Shown: positions 9,597-20,779, counted from the stretch's first letter. The stretch is 64,000 bases of DNA from Planctomycetota bacterium (GCA_965223265.1 OZ244999.1:8256001-8320000), one strand, 5' to 3'. Program-made: numbers and translations. The notes: generated by a model from the sequence alone, not told the origin.

Positions 9597-12500
9597 ATGA
9601 CCAAGAGAATCGAGTTGTTTTTTTGCCTGCGGCCGGGCGTCGTCCACGTTTGTCTTTTCCTGCTTGGTCTCAGCGCGCTGCGGGCAGATTGTAACGTCAA
9701 TGGCATCGACGATGCCGACGACATTTCGACTGGGTCGAGCGACGACTGTAACGCAAATGGCGTTCCCGACGAGTGTGAGATCGCACCCTTCGCATTCGGT
9801 CTCGGCGATGAGAATCTGGCGCTTCTTAAAGAGCCTCAGTTTGTGCGCGCCGTCGATGTCAACGGCGACGAGCTGACCGACCTCGTCGTCGCCGAGTGGA
9901 ACTCGGATCGAACTTCGAATCTGAGTTTCCTTCCGGCGGTCGCCTCACGCCAATTCGGCGAGCGAGTCGACATACCAGTGCCCGACGACCTCTCGGATCT
10001 CGCCGTCAACGACGTCGACTCGGATGGAGACTTCGATTTCGTCACAGTTCACTCGAGCGTCCTGCTGGTGCACGAGAACACCGGTGGCGGCAACTTCGAC
10101 ACCACTCCGGTGGAGGTCGCCGTTCCCAGATTCACGCGGCAAGTGATCGCTGTGAATCTCAACGGCGACGCACGTCTTGACTTGGCGGCGACGAACACGA
10201 TCGAGGACGCGGTGTTTGTCGCCGTGGCTGACGGTGACGGCTACGCCACGCCGCAGCGATTTGCTGTGGGCGATCAGCCGGTGGCGCTCCGCGCGGCGGA
10301 TTTCGACGGCGATGGGAGCCTCGACTTAGCCGTCGCCAACACGCGATCGCAGGACGTCTCAGTGCTTTTGAATTCAGGCGCCGGTTCGTTCGGCAGCCCG
10401 AGGCATCTGCCACTCGGGGATCGACTGTCGACGTTGGTGATCGAGGACTTTAACGGCGATGGCGCGATCGATCTCATTGGCAGTGGTCGCGCGACGCTCG
10501 GCGTTTGGTTGAACCCGGGCGACGGGCAATTTGCGAGTCTCGTCACCTATCCGATCGCCGGGGTGCAGGTCTCTGCGGTCGATGTCGACGCCGACGGCGA
10601 TCGCGACATCGTTCTCGGCAATCACGCTCTGACCGAGTTGACGCTGCTTTCGAACGGCGGCAACGGAACGTTCGTCACCCGTACGGACTACGCGCTCGAT
10701 TTCCGCGGTTTCGTCGCCGGCGATCTCGATGGTGACGGCGACGTCGACGTTGCTGCGGGCGCTACGTCGCCACCAAGCGTGAAGTTTCTCTGGAACGGGG
10801 ACGTGACGACGTTTGCGGTTTCGGCGTCGCACTTTGTCACCGGCGGCCGGCCACATGACATCCGATCGGCCGACCTCAACGGCGATGGATTTCCAGACGT
10901 CGTGACGTCGAATGGTGACGATGGGACGTCGTCGATCTTGCTCTCGAACGGCGATGGCACGCTCAGTGAACCCATCGTGCGATCGTACATGGTCACGGTG
11001 AACGGCGAAGAACGTCTGGCGCACATGAATTCCATCGAGGTCGGTGACTTCGTGGGTGATTCTGCGCCTGACCTTGCAGCGATCGGGCCGACGAATATCC
11101 TGCTCATCATCCCCAACGACGGTCAGGGTGGGTTCGACGGTGAGATCGAGACCTTCCCCGGCGCTGCGGGGGCTCGCTTCCTGCGGTCGATCGATCTCGA
11201 CGGCGATTTGCGAGCCGAAATTGTCGCCACGAACATTCAGGACAACAGCGTCTCCGTATTCCGTGATTTTCGCAGCGAAGATTCTTTGAGTCGTGTCGAC
11301 TATCCGGTCGGTTCGACACCGTGGGCGGCGGCGCTGGGCGACTATGATGGCGATGGGCGGATCGACGTTGCGACAGCGAACCAAGCCTCGAGGGACGTTT
11401 CGATCTTGATCAACGTCGGTGACGGCACGTTTCAGTCGGCACGAACTCAGCCGCTCGGTTTCTCGCCGCGTTTTGTCACCGAGGCGGATCTGAATGGCGA
11501 CGGCTTCTCGGATCTCGCTTTCACGAATCCAAGTGGCGGAGAGGTCGTTCTCACGTTGAACCGCGGCGACGCCACGTTCGAGGCGCCGCGTTCATTCGTC
11601 ATCGGCCGTGCCGTCACCTCTGTCTTGGGTGGCGACTTGGATGGGGATGGCTTCGCTGACCTCGTGACGACGAACGAGCTCACCGGCCCGACCGACAGCG
11701 GCAGCATCACCGTACTCCTCGGCACGGGCGATGGCACCATCCGAAACGACTTCACGTACGACACCGACCCAGGACCGCGCTTCAGCACCATCGCCGATCT
11801 CGATCTCGACGGCGATCTTGACATTGTCAGCGGCAATCGCGTCGCTCGCACGGTCACCGTCTTTCAGAACAAGATCGATCCGTCGCTCTCTCTGTTTGCG
11901 CGGCGTATTTGTACGCCACGCGGTTTCCACGCACTCTCCCTCCCGGCACGCACAAGCAGTTTAGTGGAGCGCGCCGGTAAGTACATAACGCCTGCTCGTC
12001 CTGCAGACGGGAGGCTTTTGGAGACGACGTACCAGAACGTTCGGCGCTTCGCGCTGCACCAGGAGTTTTTGGCAGCGGTGTTCCCGGACCGCTTCCCGAG
12101 CCTCGGTGCGGAGGCTTACGCAGCGCTGACGGCACGGCGCGCCACGCGCGAGTACTACGCTGGTGTGATCAACCGGCTTCGCCTACCGGGGAGCGAGAGC
12201 GAGTCGGGCGGGATCGCGTACGGCTTCACGGTGGTTGTGGACGGCTCTGACAGCACGGAGCTTCTGAGGCAGGAGGAGGTGGGGGCGGTGTACGCCGAGC
12301 TGCGCAAGACGTTCACGCTGGAGCCGCTGGGGTACTTCCCAGACACACCAGCGGCGCGCGATCGCGCCTCTGAGTGGAGCGGCGCGGAGTTTGAGATTTT
12401 CTTCGACACCACCAGCGGCCCTGTGGACTTCGAGGCGTACACCCAAGGTGTGGGCTTCGGGCGCCTGCGGGTGCTGACGGAAGAGGAACTGAGCGCTGCG

Positions 12501-15083
12501 AGTGAGACAGGGGAGATCAGCTTTCAGAACATCTTGGTCTTAGAGATCGCCCCACGGGACATCGAAGGAGTCTTCAGCGGCGTGGTGACAGGTCAGAGGC
12601 AAGTGGAGCTGAGTCACCTGGCGATCCGCACAGCGCGTCGAGGAACGCCGAACGCGTACGTCTCCGGGGCTTTGGAGGAGTTTCGGGAGTGGGACGGCCA
12701 GCTGGTTCGCCTAGAGGTGACAGCGGGGGGCTACACGATCCGCGCGGCGAGCCAGGAGGAGGCGGAGGAGCACTGGCGCACGAGCCGGCCAAGCCTGGAG
12801 GTAGCGCCGACGCTCGACAGCGAGTTCTCGGAGCTTTTGACGCTGGGAGAGATCGCGGAGCTGGAGTCGACGGGTCTTTCGGGAGTGCCGCGCTTCGGGG
12901 GGAAGGCGACAAACCTCTCACGCCTGCAGGAGATTCTGACGGGGGAGTACGCCGAGTACCAGGAGAAGGGGTTTGCGATCCCGATGCGCTACTACGTGGA
13001 GTTCATGCGTGAGAACCGCCTGGAGTCTTTCCTCGACCGCAGTCGAGAGGTGACGTACGAGGAGTACGTGCAGGAGCTTTTAGTCGATGAGAGCTTTCAG
13101 ACGGACTCTCGCGTTCGCTTCGAAGCTCTGGACATGCTGCGCGATCACATGCGCGATGAGGGTGTTGTGCGCGCGGAGGTGATCGCGCTGGTGGCAGCGC
13201 GAGTGCGCGAGGTGATGGGCACAAGTGAGACAACGCGTGTGCGCTTTCGCTCGTCTTCGAACGTGGAGGACGACCTTCAGTTCAACGGCGCCGGTCTCTA
13301 CAACTCAACGAGCGGGTGCCTAGCCGATGAGTTTGACGGCGATGAGGAGGGCCCGTCGCAGTGCGACTCCGAGGAGACAAATGAGCGCACGATCACGCGC
13401 GCTCTGAAGCGGGTGTGGAGGAGTCTGTGGAACTTCCGGGCGTACGAGGAGCGAGAGTTTTTCGGGATTGACCAAGAGATCGCGGCGATGGGGATCCTGG
13501 TGAACCGCACGTTCATAGGTGAGGCGTCTCAGGGAGTGGCGTTTACGGGGAACACGTCGAACATTCTCGATCGGCGCTACGTGGTGACGGCGCAGCTTGG
13601 AGAGGAGAGTGTGGTGAGCCCTGAGCCCGGTGTTTTAGCGGAGACGAACGTTCTGGAGCTTGTTGAAGGTGAAGTGGTGGAGGTGATCCGTGCGGTGCGC
13701 TCGACGCTTGTGGGTGAGGGAGAGGTGGTAGTGAGTGAGGCGCAGCTGGGTGAGCTTGGGCGCCTGATGTGGCACATGGATGAGAACTTTCCTCTGGATC
13801 TGGGGCGTTTCGATCGCTCTCAGGTGCTGCTCGACGTTGAGTACAAGTTCATGAGCGACGGAGAGCTGGCGGTGAAGCAGGTGCGTCCGTTCCTTCTCTC
13901 GGAGCCTCCGCCGCCAACGCCGGAGTTCACGCTGGAGGTGCCCGAGGGCTTCGAGCTCTGTGGGGTGTTTCAAGAGGCGGGAGCGGGCCGTGGACTGCGC
14001 GATGAGTATGATCTCAAGAGCGTGGTGGAGTTCTCTGGGGGAGAGCACGTTCTTCGCAGTGACCGCGAGGTGTTCACCGGTGAGCTTTTCAGCGGTGTGT
14101 TCCTGGGCCCATCGCAAGAGCCAGGAGTGGCTGTAGGGAAGGGAACGTACCGCCTGACGCGGTTTTCAGAAGCCGGCGCAGTGACGGCGTATCGTTACAC
14201 GTACTCGCAGCGCTATGCACTTTCTGAGAGCGGTGAGGAGTACGAGGTGTCGGTGGTGACGCCGTTTGAGTTCCGGGCTCGCGGCGAGGAGACTCTGGGG
14301 GGCGGTCGTTTGGTGCTCTCTGACATTGAGTTCAAGAGTCGTCCGAGCCAGGAGCGGGTGAGCGGGCGGATCGGCGGAGCGCCGCGCGTGCGCTACGCAT
14401 CTTGTGACTTCAGTGACTTACCGCTGTGGGAGGTGATCGCGGTTGGCGAGGACGGGACTCGTATTGAGGCGCTCGAGCGCTTCGATGAGGAGGCGAGCAC
14501 GTTCGAGACGTCTCGAGCGTCCTTAGAGCGAGCGCGAGTGGAGATCGGCGGTGTGGTGCAGGATCTGAGGTCGTACACGCAGCTGGTGTACTCTGCGTCT
14601 CGTCACAACACTGCAGTGGGTTACTGGCTGGTGCTGAACGAGTCGGTGGAGCTTGAGGGGGTGAGCGGCGGTAGAGTTCGGGTCGTGGAGTACGCTCAGG
14701 GAGAGGGCGGCGAGTCGGGATCTCTGCGTTACCTGGGAGAGGACCTGAGCGAGCTTGGCCGAGCGAGCGTGAGCTCAGAGCGCCGTGAGGAGCGCGGCGA
14801 GGAGGAGCGAGAGTTTCGCCGCGGCGATGTGAATGCCGACGGATTGGTGGATCTTGCCGACGCTTTGGGAGTTTTGAACTACTTGTTTCGCCGCGCGGCG
14901 GAGCCGAGCTGCGTGCGTGCGGCGGACGCCGACGACAACGGCCGCGTGAACGTCTCGGACGCCGTGGTGATCCTGCTGCACCTCTTTGCCGGCGGCGGCC
15001 CCCTGCCTGAGCCCACCGCCTGTGGTCTCGACACCACCGGCGACTCGCTCTCCTGCAGAGACGCGGCAGCTTGTCGGCCATAG
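9597..15083 (+). CDS. Secreted FG-GAP/VCBS-repeat protein with phosphohistidine-like and PEP/pyruvate-binding (PPDK_N ATP-grasp) domains and C-terminal dockerin, copy 1
   Basis: Signal peptide then DCN.NG..D repeat; many D.NGDG..D repeats; SHLAIRTARRGTPN; FGGKATNL, RSSSNVEDDLQFNGAGLY, VWRSLW, GVAFT, VKQVRP; FRRGDVNADG..D dockerin. Start chosen at MTKRIEL (ORF track starts at 9375). Confidence 0.85.
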   Translation: MTKRIELFFCLRPGVVHVCLFLLGLSALRADCNVNGIDDADDISTGSSDDCNANGVPDECEIAPFAFGLGDENLALLKEPQFVRAVDVNGDELTDLVVAEWNSDRTSNLSFLPAVASRQFGERVDIPVPDDLSDLAVNDVDSDGDFDFVTVHSSVLLVHENTGGGNFDTTPVEVAVPRFTRQVIAVNLNGDARLDLAATNTIEDAVFVAVADGDGYATPQRFAVGDQPVALRAADFDGDGSLDLAVANTRSQDVSVLLNSGAGSFGSPRHLPLGDRLSTLVIEDFNGDGAIDLIGSGRATLGVWLNPGDGQFASLVTYPIAGVQVSAVDVDADGDRDIVLGNHALTELTLLSNGGNGTFVTRTDYALDFRGFVAGDLDGDGDVDVAAGATSPPSVKFLWNGDVTTFAVSASHFVTGGRPHDIRSADLNGDGFPDVVTSNGDDGTSSILLSNGDGTLSEPIVRSYMVTVNGEERLAHMNSIEVGDFVGDSAPDLAAIGPTNILLIIPNDGQGGFDGEIETFPGAAGARFLRSIDLDGDLRAEIVATNIQDNSVSVFRDFRSEDSLSRVDYPVGSTPWAAALGDYDGDGRIDVATANQASRDVSILINVGDGTFQSARTQPLGFSPRFVTEADLNGDGFSDLAFTNPSGGEVVLTLNRGDATFEAPRSFVIGRAVTSVLGGDLDGDGFADLVTTNELTGPTDSGSITVLLGTGDGTIRNDFTYDTDPGPRFSTIADLDLDGDLDIVSGNRVARTVTVFQNKIDPSLSLFARRICTPRGFHALSLPARTSSLVERAGKYITPARPADGRLLETTYQNVRRFALHQEFLAAVFPDRFPSLGAEAYAALTARRATREYYAGVINRLRLPGSESESGGIAYGFTVVVDGSDSTELLRQEEVGAVYAELRKTFTLEPLGYFPDTPAARDRASEWSGAEFEIFFDTTSGPVDFEAYTQGVGFGRLRVLTEEELSAASETGEISFQNILVLEIAPRDIEGVFSGVVTGQRQVELSHLAIRTARRGTPNAYVSGALEEFREWDGQLVRLEVTAGGYTIRAASQEEAEEHWRTSRPSLEVAPTLDSEFSELLTLGEIAELESTGLSGVPRFGGKATNLSRLQEILTGEYAEYQEKGFAIPMRYYVEFMRENRLESFLDRSREVTYEEYVQELLVDESFQTDSRVRFEALDMLRDHMRDEGVVRAEVIALVAARVREVMGTSETTRVRFRSSSNVEDDLQFNGAGLYNSTSGCLADEFDGDEEGPSQCDSEETNERTITRALKRVWRSLWNFRAYEEREFFGIDQEIAAMGILVNRTFIGEASQGVAFTGNTSNILDRRYVVTAQLGEESVVSPEPGVLAETNVLELVEGEVVEVIRAVRSTLVGEGEVVVSEAQLGELGRLMWHMDENFPLDLGRFDRSQVLLDVEYKFMSDGELAVKQVRPFLLSEPPPPTPEFTLEVPEGFELCGVFQEAGAGRGLRDEYDLKSVVEFSGGEHVLRSDREVFTGELFSGVFLGPSQEPGVAVGKGTYRLTRFSEAGAVTAYRYTYSQRYALSESGEEYEVSVVTPFEFRARGEETLGGGRLVLSDIEFKSRPSQERVSGRIGGAPRVRYASCDFSDLPLWEVIAVGEDGTRIEALERFDEEASTFETSRASLERARVEIGGVVQDLRSYTQLVYSASRHNTAVGYWLVLNESVELEGVSGGRVRVVEYAQGEGGESGSLRYLGEDLSELGRASVSSERREERGEEEREFRRGDVNADGLVDLADALGVLNYLFRRAAEPSCVRAADADDNGRVNVSDAVVILLHLFAGGGPLPEPTACGLDTTGDSLSCRDAAACRP
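11931..15056 (+). repeat. Long direct repeat, copy 1 (catalytic core + C-terminus)
   Basis: Matches 17630-20755 at constant offset 5699 and, up to 13984, matches 23188-25217 at offset 11233. Confidence 0.9.
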
Positions 15084-15226
15084 AACGAGATCAAGGCGCC
15101 GCCACTCCAGCGGTTGCCGCGAACAAATCGTAGAAACACCATGGTTGTTACTTTGCACCGCGAAGCGGTGAGAATCTCGCGACAGTGATTCCTCACGGCG
15201 GAGCGTGAACGGGGAAGGGTGCTCGG

Positions 15227-18200
15227 GTGAGCGTTCGGATGCGACGACGGAGATTCAGCTGCTACGTACCGGATATCGCGCTGGGGATTCCATGCCTGGT
15301 GCACGCGTGCATCGTCGCACTCTTGATCGCGATTGGCACCGCAGCCGCACTCGCCGCAGACTGCAATCTCAACGGCGTCGAGGATGCCGAGGAAGTTGCG
15401 AGCGGCGTGGCCCAGGACTGTAACGCCGACGAAATCCCCGACGCGTGTCAGTTTGCACCGACCGAGTTCGGCTTTGGTAGCGACCGCTTACCGCTCATCA
15501 GTAGCCCCAGAGGCGTGGCCGCTGCTGATTTCAACGGCGACGGTTGGGACGACCTCGCGATCGGTTCGCAAGATGCCGCAAGAGTGTCCACGTTGACCGT
15601 TTTTCTGAGCCGAGGCGATGGGAGCTTCGAGACCGGAATCGAGCACGCCGCCACCGATGACTTAACCGGTACTGCGGTGGGTGAGTTCAATGGCGACTCT
15701 GCGATCGACATCGTGAGCGTGAGCTCTGTCGCCGTCGATATTTTTCTCAACGATGGAAACGGTGCGTTCACGCGTGCCCCGGTACCGCTCGAGGTGCCGA
15801 AATTCACGCGGACGATCGGCACTGCAGATGTTCTGCGCGGCGGCGGTAACGATCTGATCGTGGCAAACTCCGTTGACGGAACTGTCGGCGTCTTGCCGGG
15901 AAATGGGGACGGTACGTTCGGTGCGCTCGTCGACATCAGAGTCGGCGACCGGCCGTCGGCGCTGGCACTCGCCGACATCGACGCTGATGGCTGGGACGAC
16001 ATCGTGAGCGCCAACACCAGCTCGAGAAACATCTCGATCGTCGCCAGCAGCGCGGGCGACGCTTTGGCCGCGCCCATCGTGCTCGACGCGGCTGGCCTTC
16101 GACCACTCGCGGTGGCGACAGCGGACTTTGACGGTGACGGCCACGTCGACCTCGCGGCATCCGGCCAACAGGGGACACGCATCTGGCTGCAGCGTGCAAG
16201 CGGCGCCGGCGAGCTCGGCACTTTCGACTTCGATGAGGCGATCGTGTTTTCGGCGGGAGCCGCCACGCTGCTCTCTGCGGACTTCGACACCGACGGTGAC
16301 GCCGATCTTGTCGGTGTCGAAGTCGGGCTGGGCGCCCTCCAGGTCTGGATCGATGCAGGCACTGGAGGATTCGGCGCGACGCGCTTGGCGACACCAGGCG
16401 TGCGGCAGTTTGCCGCCGGTGACTTTGACGGCAACGGCGCCGAGGATTTTTGTCTGACGACCGCAGATCCGGACGGCGCCAATGTTTTGCTGTCGGGTCT
16501 TGGCAGCGCCACGATCGACATGGAACAAACTCGCGTCGTCTTTGACCGCCTGCCCCACGACGTCCAGGTCGTCGATTTGAACCGCGACGGCAACCTGGAC
16601 GTGGTGTCAGCGAATGGCCACAGCGACTCGATTTCACTCGCGTTTGGTCAAGGCGACGGCAGCTTTTCGCCCATCGTCCATCACCACCTCGGCAACTGGG
16701 GGCACGCGAATTCGATCGACGTTGGCGACTTCGACCGCGATGGTGACATGGATATCGTCACAGCTGATTTTGAGGGGCGGGATACGATTCCAGGCGTCGT
16801 CGCCGAGGTGACACAAATCGCGGTGATTTACAACCGCGGCGACGGGTTGCCGGAACGCACGGTAACGTACCCGACGGGACGGGAAAGCTGGATGGTCCGC
16901 ACTCAAGACCTCGACGGTGACGGGCGCCTCGATCTTTTCACTGCCAACCGCGCCGCGGAGACCGCGACGCTTTACTTCGGTCTCGAGGACGGGACGTTCG
17001 GTCGTCGTGAGGACATCCCGGCTGGCGACACTCCAGCGGCGGTGTTTGCTGCCGACCTCGATGCGGACGGCGACGCCGATCTCCTCGCTGCCAATTCCGT
17101 GTCGGCGCGGGTGTCGATTCTCGTCAACCGCGGCGTCGGCAACTTCGATCCACCGCACACCATCGAGGTTGCGCTGGGACCCAATTTTGTCAGCGCCGCC
17201 GACGTCAACAGCGATGGTCGCGTCGACGTTTTGACGACGCACGAACCCTCGCGGTCGGTCGGCGTACTCCTCGGGCGAGGTGGTTTAGAGTACGATCCGC
17301 CACTCAGTTTTCCACTCCGCTCCGCTCCGTTTTCGTTGACGGCGGTGGATTTGAGCGGCGACGGCTTTCTCGACCTGATCGTACCGCATGGCGGCGAAAC
17401 GACGGTGCTGCTCGGACGCGGCGACGGTACATTTCCGGTCTTTTTTCAATACGTCGTCGGCGCTCAGCCGCGCTTTTCCGCCGCCGGAGACCTCAACAGC
17501 GATGGTGCGATGGACTTCGTCGTCGGGAACCGTTTTACGCGCGACATCAGTGTCTTCTTGCAGCGCCGAAACGCGACGGAGTTGACGGCCGCGTTTCTTG
17601 ACGGGATTTGCACGGCGGCGGACTTTCATGCACTCTCCCTCCCGGCACGCACAAGCAGTTTAGTGGAGCGTGCGGGCAAGTACATAACGCCTGCGCGGCC
17701 AGAAGACGGTGCGCTTTTGGAGACGACGTATCAGAACGTTCGTCGCTTCGCGCTGCACCAGGAGTTTTTGGCAGCGGTGTTCCCCGACCGCTTCCCGAGC
17801 CTCGGTGCGGAGGCTTACGCGGCACTGACGGCGCGGCGCGCCACACGGGACTACTACGTCGGTGTGATCAACCGCCTTCGCCTTGCGGCGAGCGAGAGCG
17901 AGGCAGGCGGGATCGCCTACGGCTTCACGGTGGTTGTGGACGGCTCGGACAGCGCGGAGCTTCTCACTCAGGAGGAGGTCGAGGCGGTGTACGCCGAGCT
18001 GCGCAAGACGTTCACGCTGGAGCCGCTGGGGTACTTCCCAGACACACCAGCGGCGCGCGATCGCGCCTCTGAGTGGAGCGGCGCGGAGTTTGAGATTTTC
18101 TTCGACACCACCAGCGGCCCTGTGGACTTCGAGGCGTACACCCAAGGTGTGGGCTTCGGGCGCCTGCGGGTGCTGACGGAAGAGGAACTGAGCGCTGCGA

Positions 18201-20779
18201 GTGAGACAGGGGAGATCAGCTTTCAGAACATCTTGGTCTTAGAGATCGCCCCACGGGACATCGAAGGAGTCTTCAGCGGCGTGGTGACAGGTCAGAGGCA
18301 AGTGGAGCTGAGTCACCTGGCGATCCGCACAGCGCGTCGAGGAACGCCGAACGCGTACGTCTCCGGGGCTTTGGAGGAGTTTCGGGAGTGGGACGGCCAG
18401 CTGGTTCGCCTAGAGGTGACAGCGGGGGGCTACACGATCCGCGCGGCGAGCCAGGAGGAGGCGGAGGAGCACTGGCGCACGAGCCGGCCAAGCCTGGAGG
18501 TAGCGCCGACGCTCGACAGCGAGTTCTCGGAGCTTTTGACGCTGGGAGAGATCGCGGAGCTGGAGTCGAGTGGTCTTTCGGGAGTGCCTCGCTTCGGGGG
18601 GAAGGCGACGAACCTCTCGCGTCTGCAGGAGATCCTGACGGGGGAGTACGCCGAGTACCAGGAGAAGGGTTTTGCGATCCCGATGCGCTACTACGTGGAG
18701 TTCATGCGCGAGAACCGCCTGGAGTCTTTCCTCGACCGCAGTCGAGAGGTGACGTACGAGGAGTACGTGCAGGAGCTTTTAGTGGATGAGAGCTTTCAGA
18801 CGGACTCTCGCGTTCGCTTCGAAGCTCTGGACATGCTGCGCGATCACATGCGCGATGAGGGTGTTGTGCGCGCGGAGGTGATCGCGCTGGTGGCAGCGCG
18901 AGTGCGCGAGGTGATGGGCACAAGTGAGACAACGCGTGTGCGCTTTCGCTCGTCTTCGAACGTGGAGGACGACCTTCAGTTCAACGGCGCCGGTCTCTAC
19001 AACTCAACGAGCGGGTGCCTAGCCGATGAGTTTGACGGCGATGAGGAGGGCCCGTCGCAGTGCGACTCCGAGGAGACAAATGAGCGCACGATCACGCGCG
19101 CTCTGAAGCGGGTGTGGAGGAGTCTGTGGAACTTCCGGGCGTACGAGGAGCGAGAGTTTTTCGGGATTGACCAAGAGATCGCGGCGATGGGGATCTTGGT
19201 GAACCGCACGTTCATAGGTGAGGCGTCTCAGGGAGTGGCGTTTACGGGGAACACGTCGAACATTCTCGATCGGCGCTACGTGGTGACGGCGCAGCTGGGT
19301 GAGGAGAGCGTGGTGAGCCCCGAGCCGGGTGTCTTAGCGGAGACGAACGTGCTGGAGCTTGTTGAAGGTGAAGTGGTGGAGGTGATCCGTGCGGTGCGCT
19401 CGACGCTTGTGGGTGAGGGAGAGGTGGTAGTGAGTGAGGCGCAGCTGGGTGAGCTTGGGCGCCTGATGTGGCACATGGATGAGAACTTTCCTCTGGATCT
19501 GGGGCGTTTCGATCGCTCTCAGGTGCTGCTCGACGTTGAGTACAAGTTCATGAGCGACGGAGAGCTGGCGGTGAAGCAGGTGCGTCCGTTCCTTCTCTCG
19601 GAGCCTCCGCCGCCAACGCCGGAGTTCACGCTGGAGGTGCCCGAGGGCTTCGAGCTCTGTGGGGTGTTTCAAGAGGCGGGAGCGGGCCGTGGACTGCGCG
19701 ATGAGTATGATCTCAAGAGCGTGGTGGAGTTCTCTGGGGGAGAGCACGTTCTTCGCAGTGACCGCGAGGTGTTCACCGGTGAGCTTTTCAGCGGTGTGTT
19801 CCTGGGCCCATCGCAAGAGCCAGGAGTGGCTGTAGGGAAGGGAACGTACCGCCTGACGCGGTTTTCAGAAGCCGGCGCAGTGACGGCGTATCGTTACACG
19901 TACTCGCAGCGCTATGCACTTTCTGAGAGCGGTGAGGAGTACGAGGTGTCGGTGGTGACGCCGTTTGAGTTCCGGGCTCGCGGCGAGGAGACTCTGGGGG
20001 GCGGTCGTTTGGTGCTCTCTGACATTGAGTTCAAGAGTCGTCCGAGCCAGGAGCGGGTGAGCGGGCGGATCGGCGGAGCGCCGCGCGTGCGCTACGCATC
20101 TTGTGACTTCAGTGACTTACCGCTGTGGGAGGTGATCGCGGTTGGCGAGGACGGGACTCGTATTGAGGCGCTCGAGCGCTTCGATGAGGAGGCGAGCACG
20201 TTCGAGACGTCTCGAGCGTCCTTAGAGCGAGCGCGAGTGGAGATCGGCGGTGTGGTGCAGGATCTGAGGTCGTACACGCAGCTGGTGTACTCTGCGTCTC
20301 GTCACAACACTGCAGTGGGTTACTGGCTGGTGCTGAACGAGTCGGTGGAGCTTGAGGGGGTGAGCGGCGGTAGAGTTCGGGTCGTGGAGTACGCTCAGGG
20401 AGAGGGCGGCGAGTCGGGATCTCTGCGTTACCTGGGAGAGGACCTGAGCGAGCTTGGCCGAGCGAGCGTGAGCTCAGAGCGCCGTGAGGAGCGCGGCGAG
20501 GAGGAGCGAGAGTTTCGCCGCGGCGATGTGAATGCCGACGGATTGGTGGATCTTGCCGACGCTTTGGGAGTTTTGAACTACTTGTTTCGCCGCGCGGCGG
20601 AGCCGAGCTGCGTGCGTGCGGCGGACGCCGACGACAACGGCCGCGTGAACGTCTCGGACGCCGTGGTGATCCTGCTGCACCTCTTTGCCGGCGGCGGCCC
20701 CCTGCCTGAGCCCACCGCCTGTGGTCTCGACACCACCGGCGACTCGCTCTCCTGCTACGACGCGGCGGCGTGTCGCTGA
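15227..20779 (+). CDS. Secreted FG-GAP/VCBS + PEP/pyruvate-binding domain + dockerin protein, copy 2
   Basis: Same architecture as copy 1 with a divergent N-terminal half. 17630-20755 is nearly identical in DNA to 11931-15056. Confidence 0.85.
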   Translation: MSVRMRRRRFSCYVPDIALGIPCLVHACIVALLIAIGTAAALAADCNLNGVEDAEEVASGVAQDCNADEIPDACQFAPTEFGFGSDRLPLISSPRGVAAADFNGDGWDDLAIGSQDAARVSTLTVFLSRGDGSFETGIEHAATDDLTGTAVGEFNGDSAIDIVSVSSVAVDIFLNDGNGAFTRAPVPLEVPKFTRTIGTADVLRGGGNDLIVANSVDGTVGVLPGNGDGTFGALVDIRVGDRPSALALADIDADGWDDIVSANTSSRNISIVASSAGDALAAPIVLDAAGLRPLAVATADFDGDGHVDLAASGQQGTRIWLQRASGAGELGTFDFDEAIVFSAGAATLLSADFDTDGDADLVGVEVGLGALQVWIDAGTGGFGATRLATPGVRQFAAGDFDGNGAEDFCLTTADPDGANVLLSGLGSATIDMEQTRVVFDRLPHDVQVVDLNRDGNLDVVSANGHSDSISLAFGQGDGSFSPIVHHHLGNWGHANSIDVGDFDRDGDMDIVTADFEGRDTIPGVVAEVTQIAVIYNRGDGLPERTVTYPTGRESWMVRTQDLDGDGRLDLFTANRAAETATLYFGLEDGTFGRREDIPAGDTPAAVFAADLDADGDADLLAANSVSARVSILVNRGVGNFDPPHTIEVALGPNFVSAADVNSDGRVDVLTTHEPSRSVGVLLGRGGLEYDPPLSFPLRSAPFSLTAVDLSGDGFLDLIVPHGGETTVLLGRGDGTFPVFFQYVVGAQPRFSAAGDLNSDGAMDFVVGNRFTRDISVFLQRRNATELTAAFLDGICTAADFHALSLPARTSSLVERAGKYITPARPEDGALLETTYQNVRRFALHQEFLAAVFPDRFPSLGAEAYAALTARRATRDYYVGVINRLRLAASESEAGGIAYGFTVVVDGSDSAELLTQEEVEAVYAELRKTFTLEPLGYFPDTPAARDRASEWSGAEFEIFFDTTSGPVDFEAYTQGVGFGRLRVLTEEELSAASETGEISFQNILVLEIAPRDIEGVFSGVVTGQRQVELSHLAIRTARRGTPNAYVSGALEEFREWDGQLVRLEVTAGGYTIRAASQEEAEEHWRTSRPSLEVAPTLDSEFSELLTLGEIAELESSGLSGVPRFGGKATNLSRLQEILTGEYAEYQEKGFAIPMRYYVEFMRENRLESFLDRSREVTYEEYVQELLVDESFQTDSRVRFEALDMLRDHMRDEGVVRAEVIALVAARVREVMGTSETTRVRFRSSSNVEDDLQFNGAGLYNSTSGCLADEFDGDEEGPSQCDSEETNERTITRALKRVWRSLWNFRAYEEREFFGIDQEIAAMGILVNRTFIGEASQGVAFTGNTSNILDRRYVVTAQLGEESVVSPEPGVLAETNVLELVEGEVVEVIRAVRSTLVGEGEVVVSEAQLGELGRLMWHMDENFPLDLGRFDRSQVLLDVEYKFMSDGELAVKQVRPFLLSEPPPPTPEFTLEVPEGFELCGVFQEAGAGRGLRDEYDLKSVVEFSGGEHVLRSDREVFTGELFSGVFLGPSQEPGVAVGKGTYRLTRFSEAGAVTAYRYTYSQRYALSESGEEYEVSVVTPFEFRARGEETLGGGRLVLSDIEFKSRPSQERVSGRIGGAPRVRYASCDFSDLPLWEVIAVGEDGTRIEALERFDEEASTFETSRASLERARVEIGGVVQDLRSYTQLVYSASRHNTAVGYWLVLNESVELEGVSGGRVRVVEYAQGEGGESGSLRYLGEDLSELGRASVSSERREERGEEEREFRRGDVNADGLVDLADALGVLNYLFRRAAEPSCVRAADADDNGRVNVSDAVVILLHLFAGGGPLPEPTACGLDTTGDSLSCYDAAACR
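17630..20755 (+). repeat. Long direct repeat, copy 2
   Basis: Near-identical to 11931-15056; differences cluster in short patches. Confidence 0.9.
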
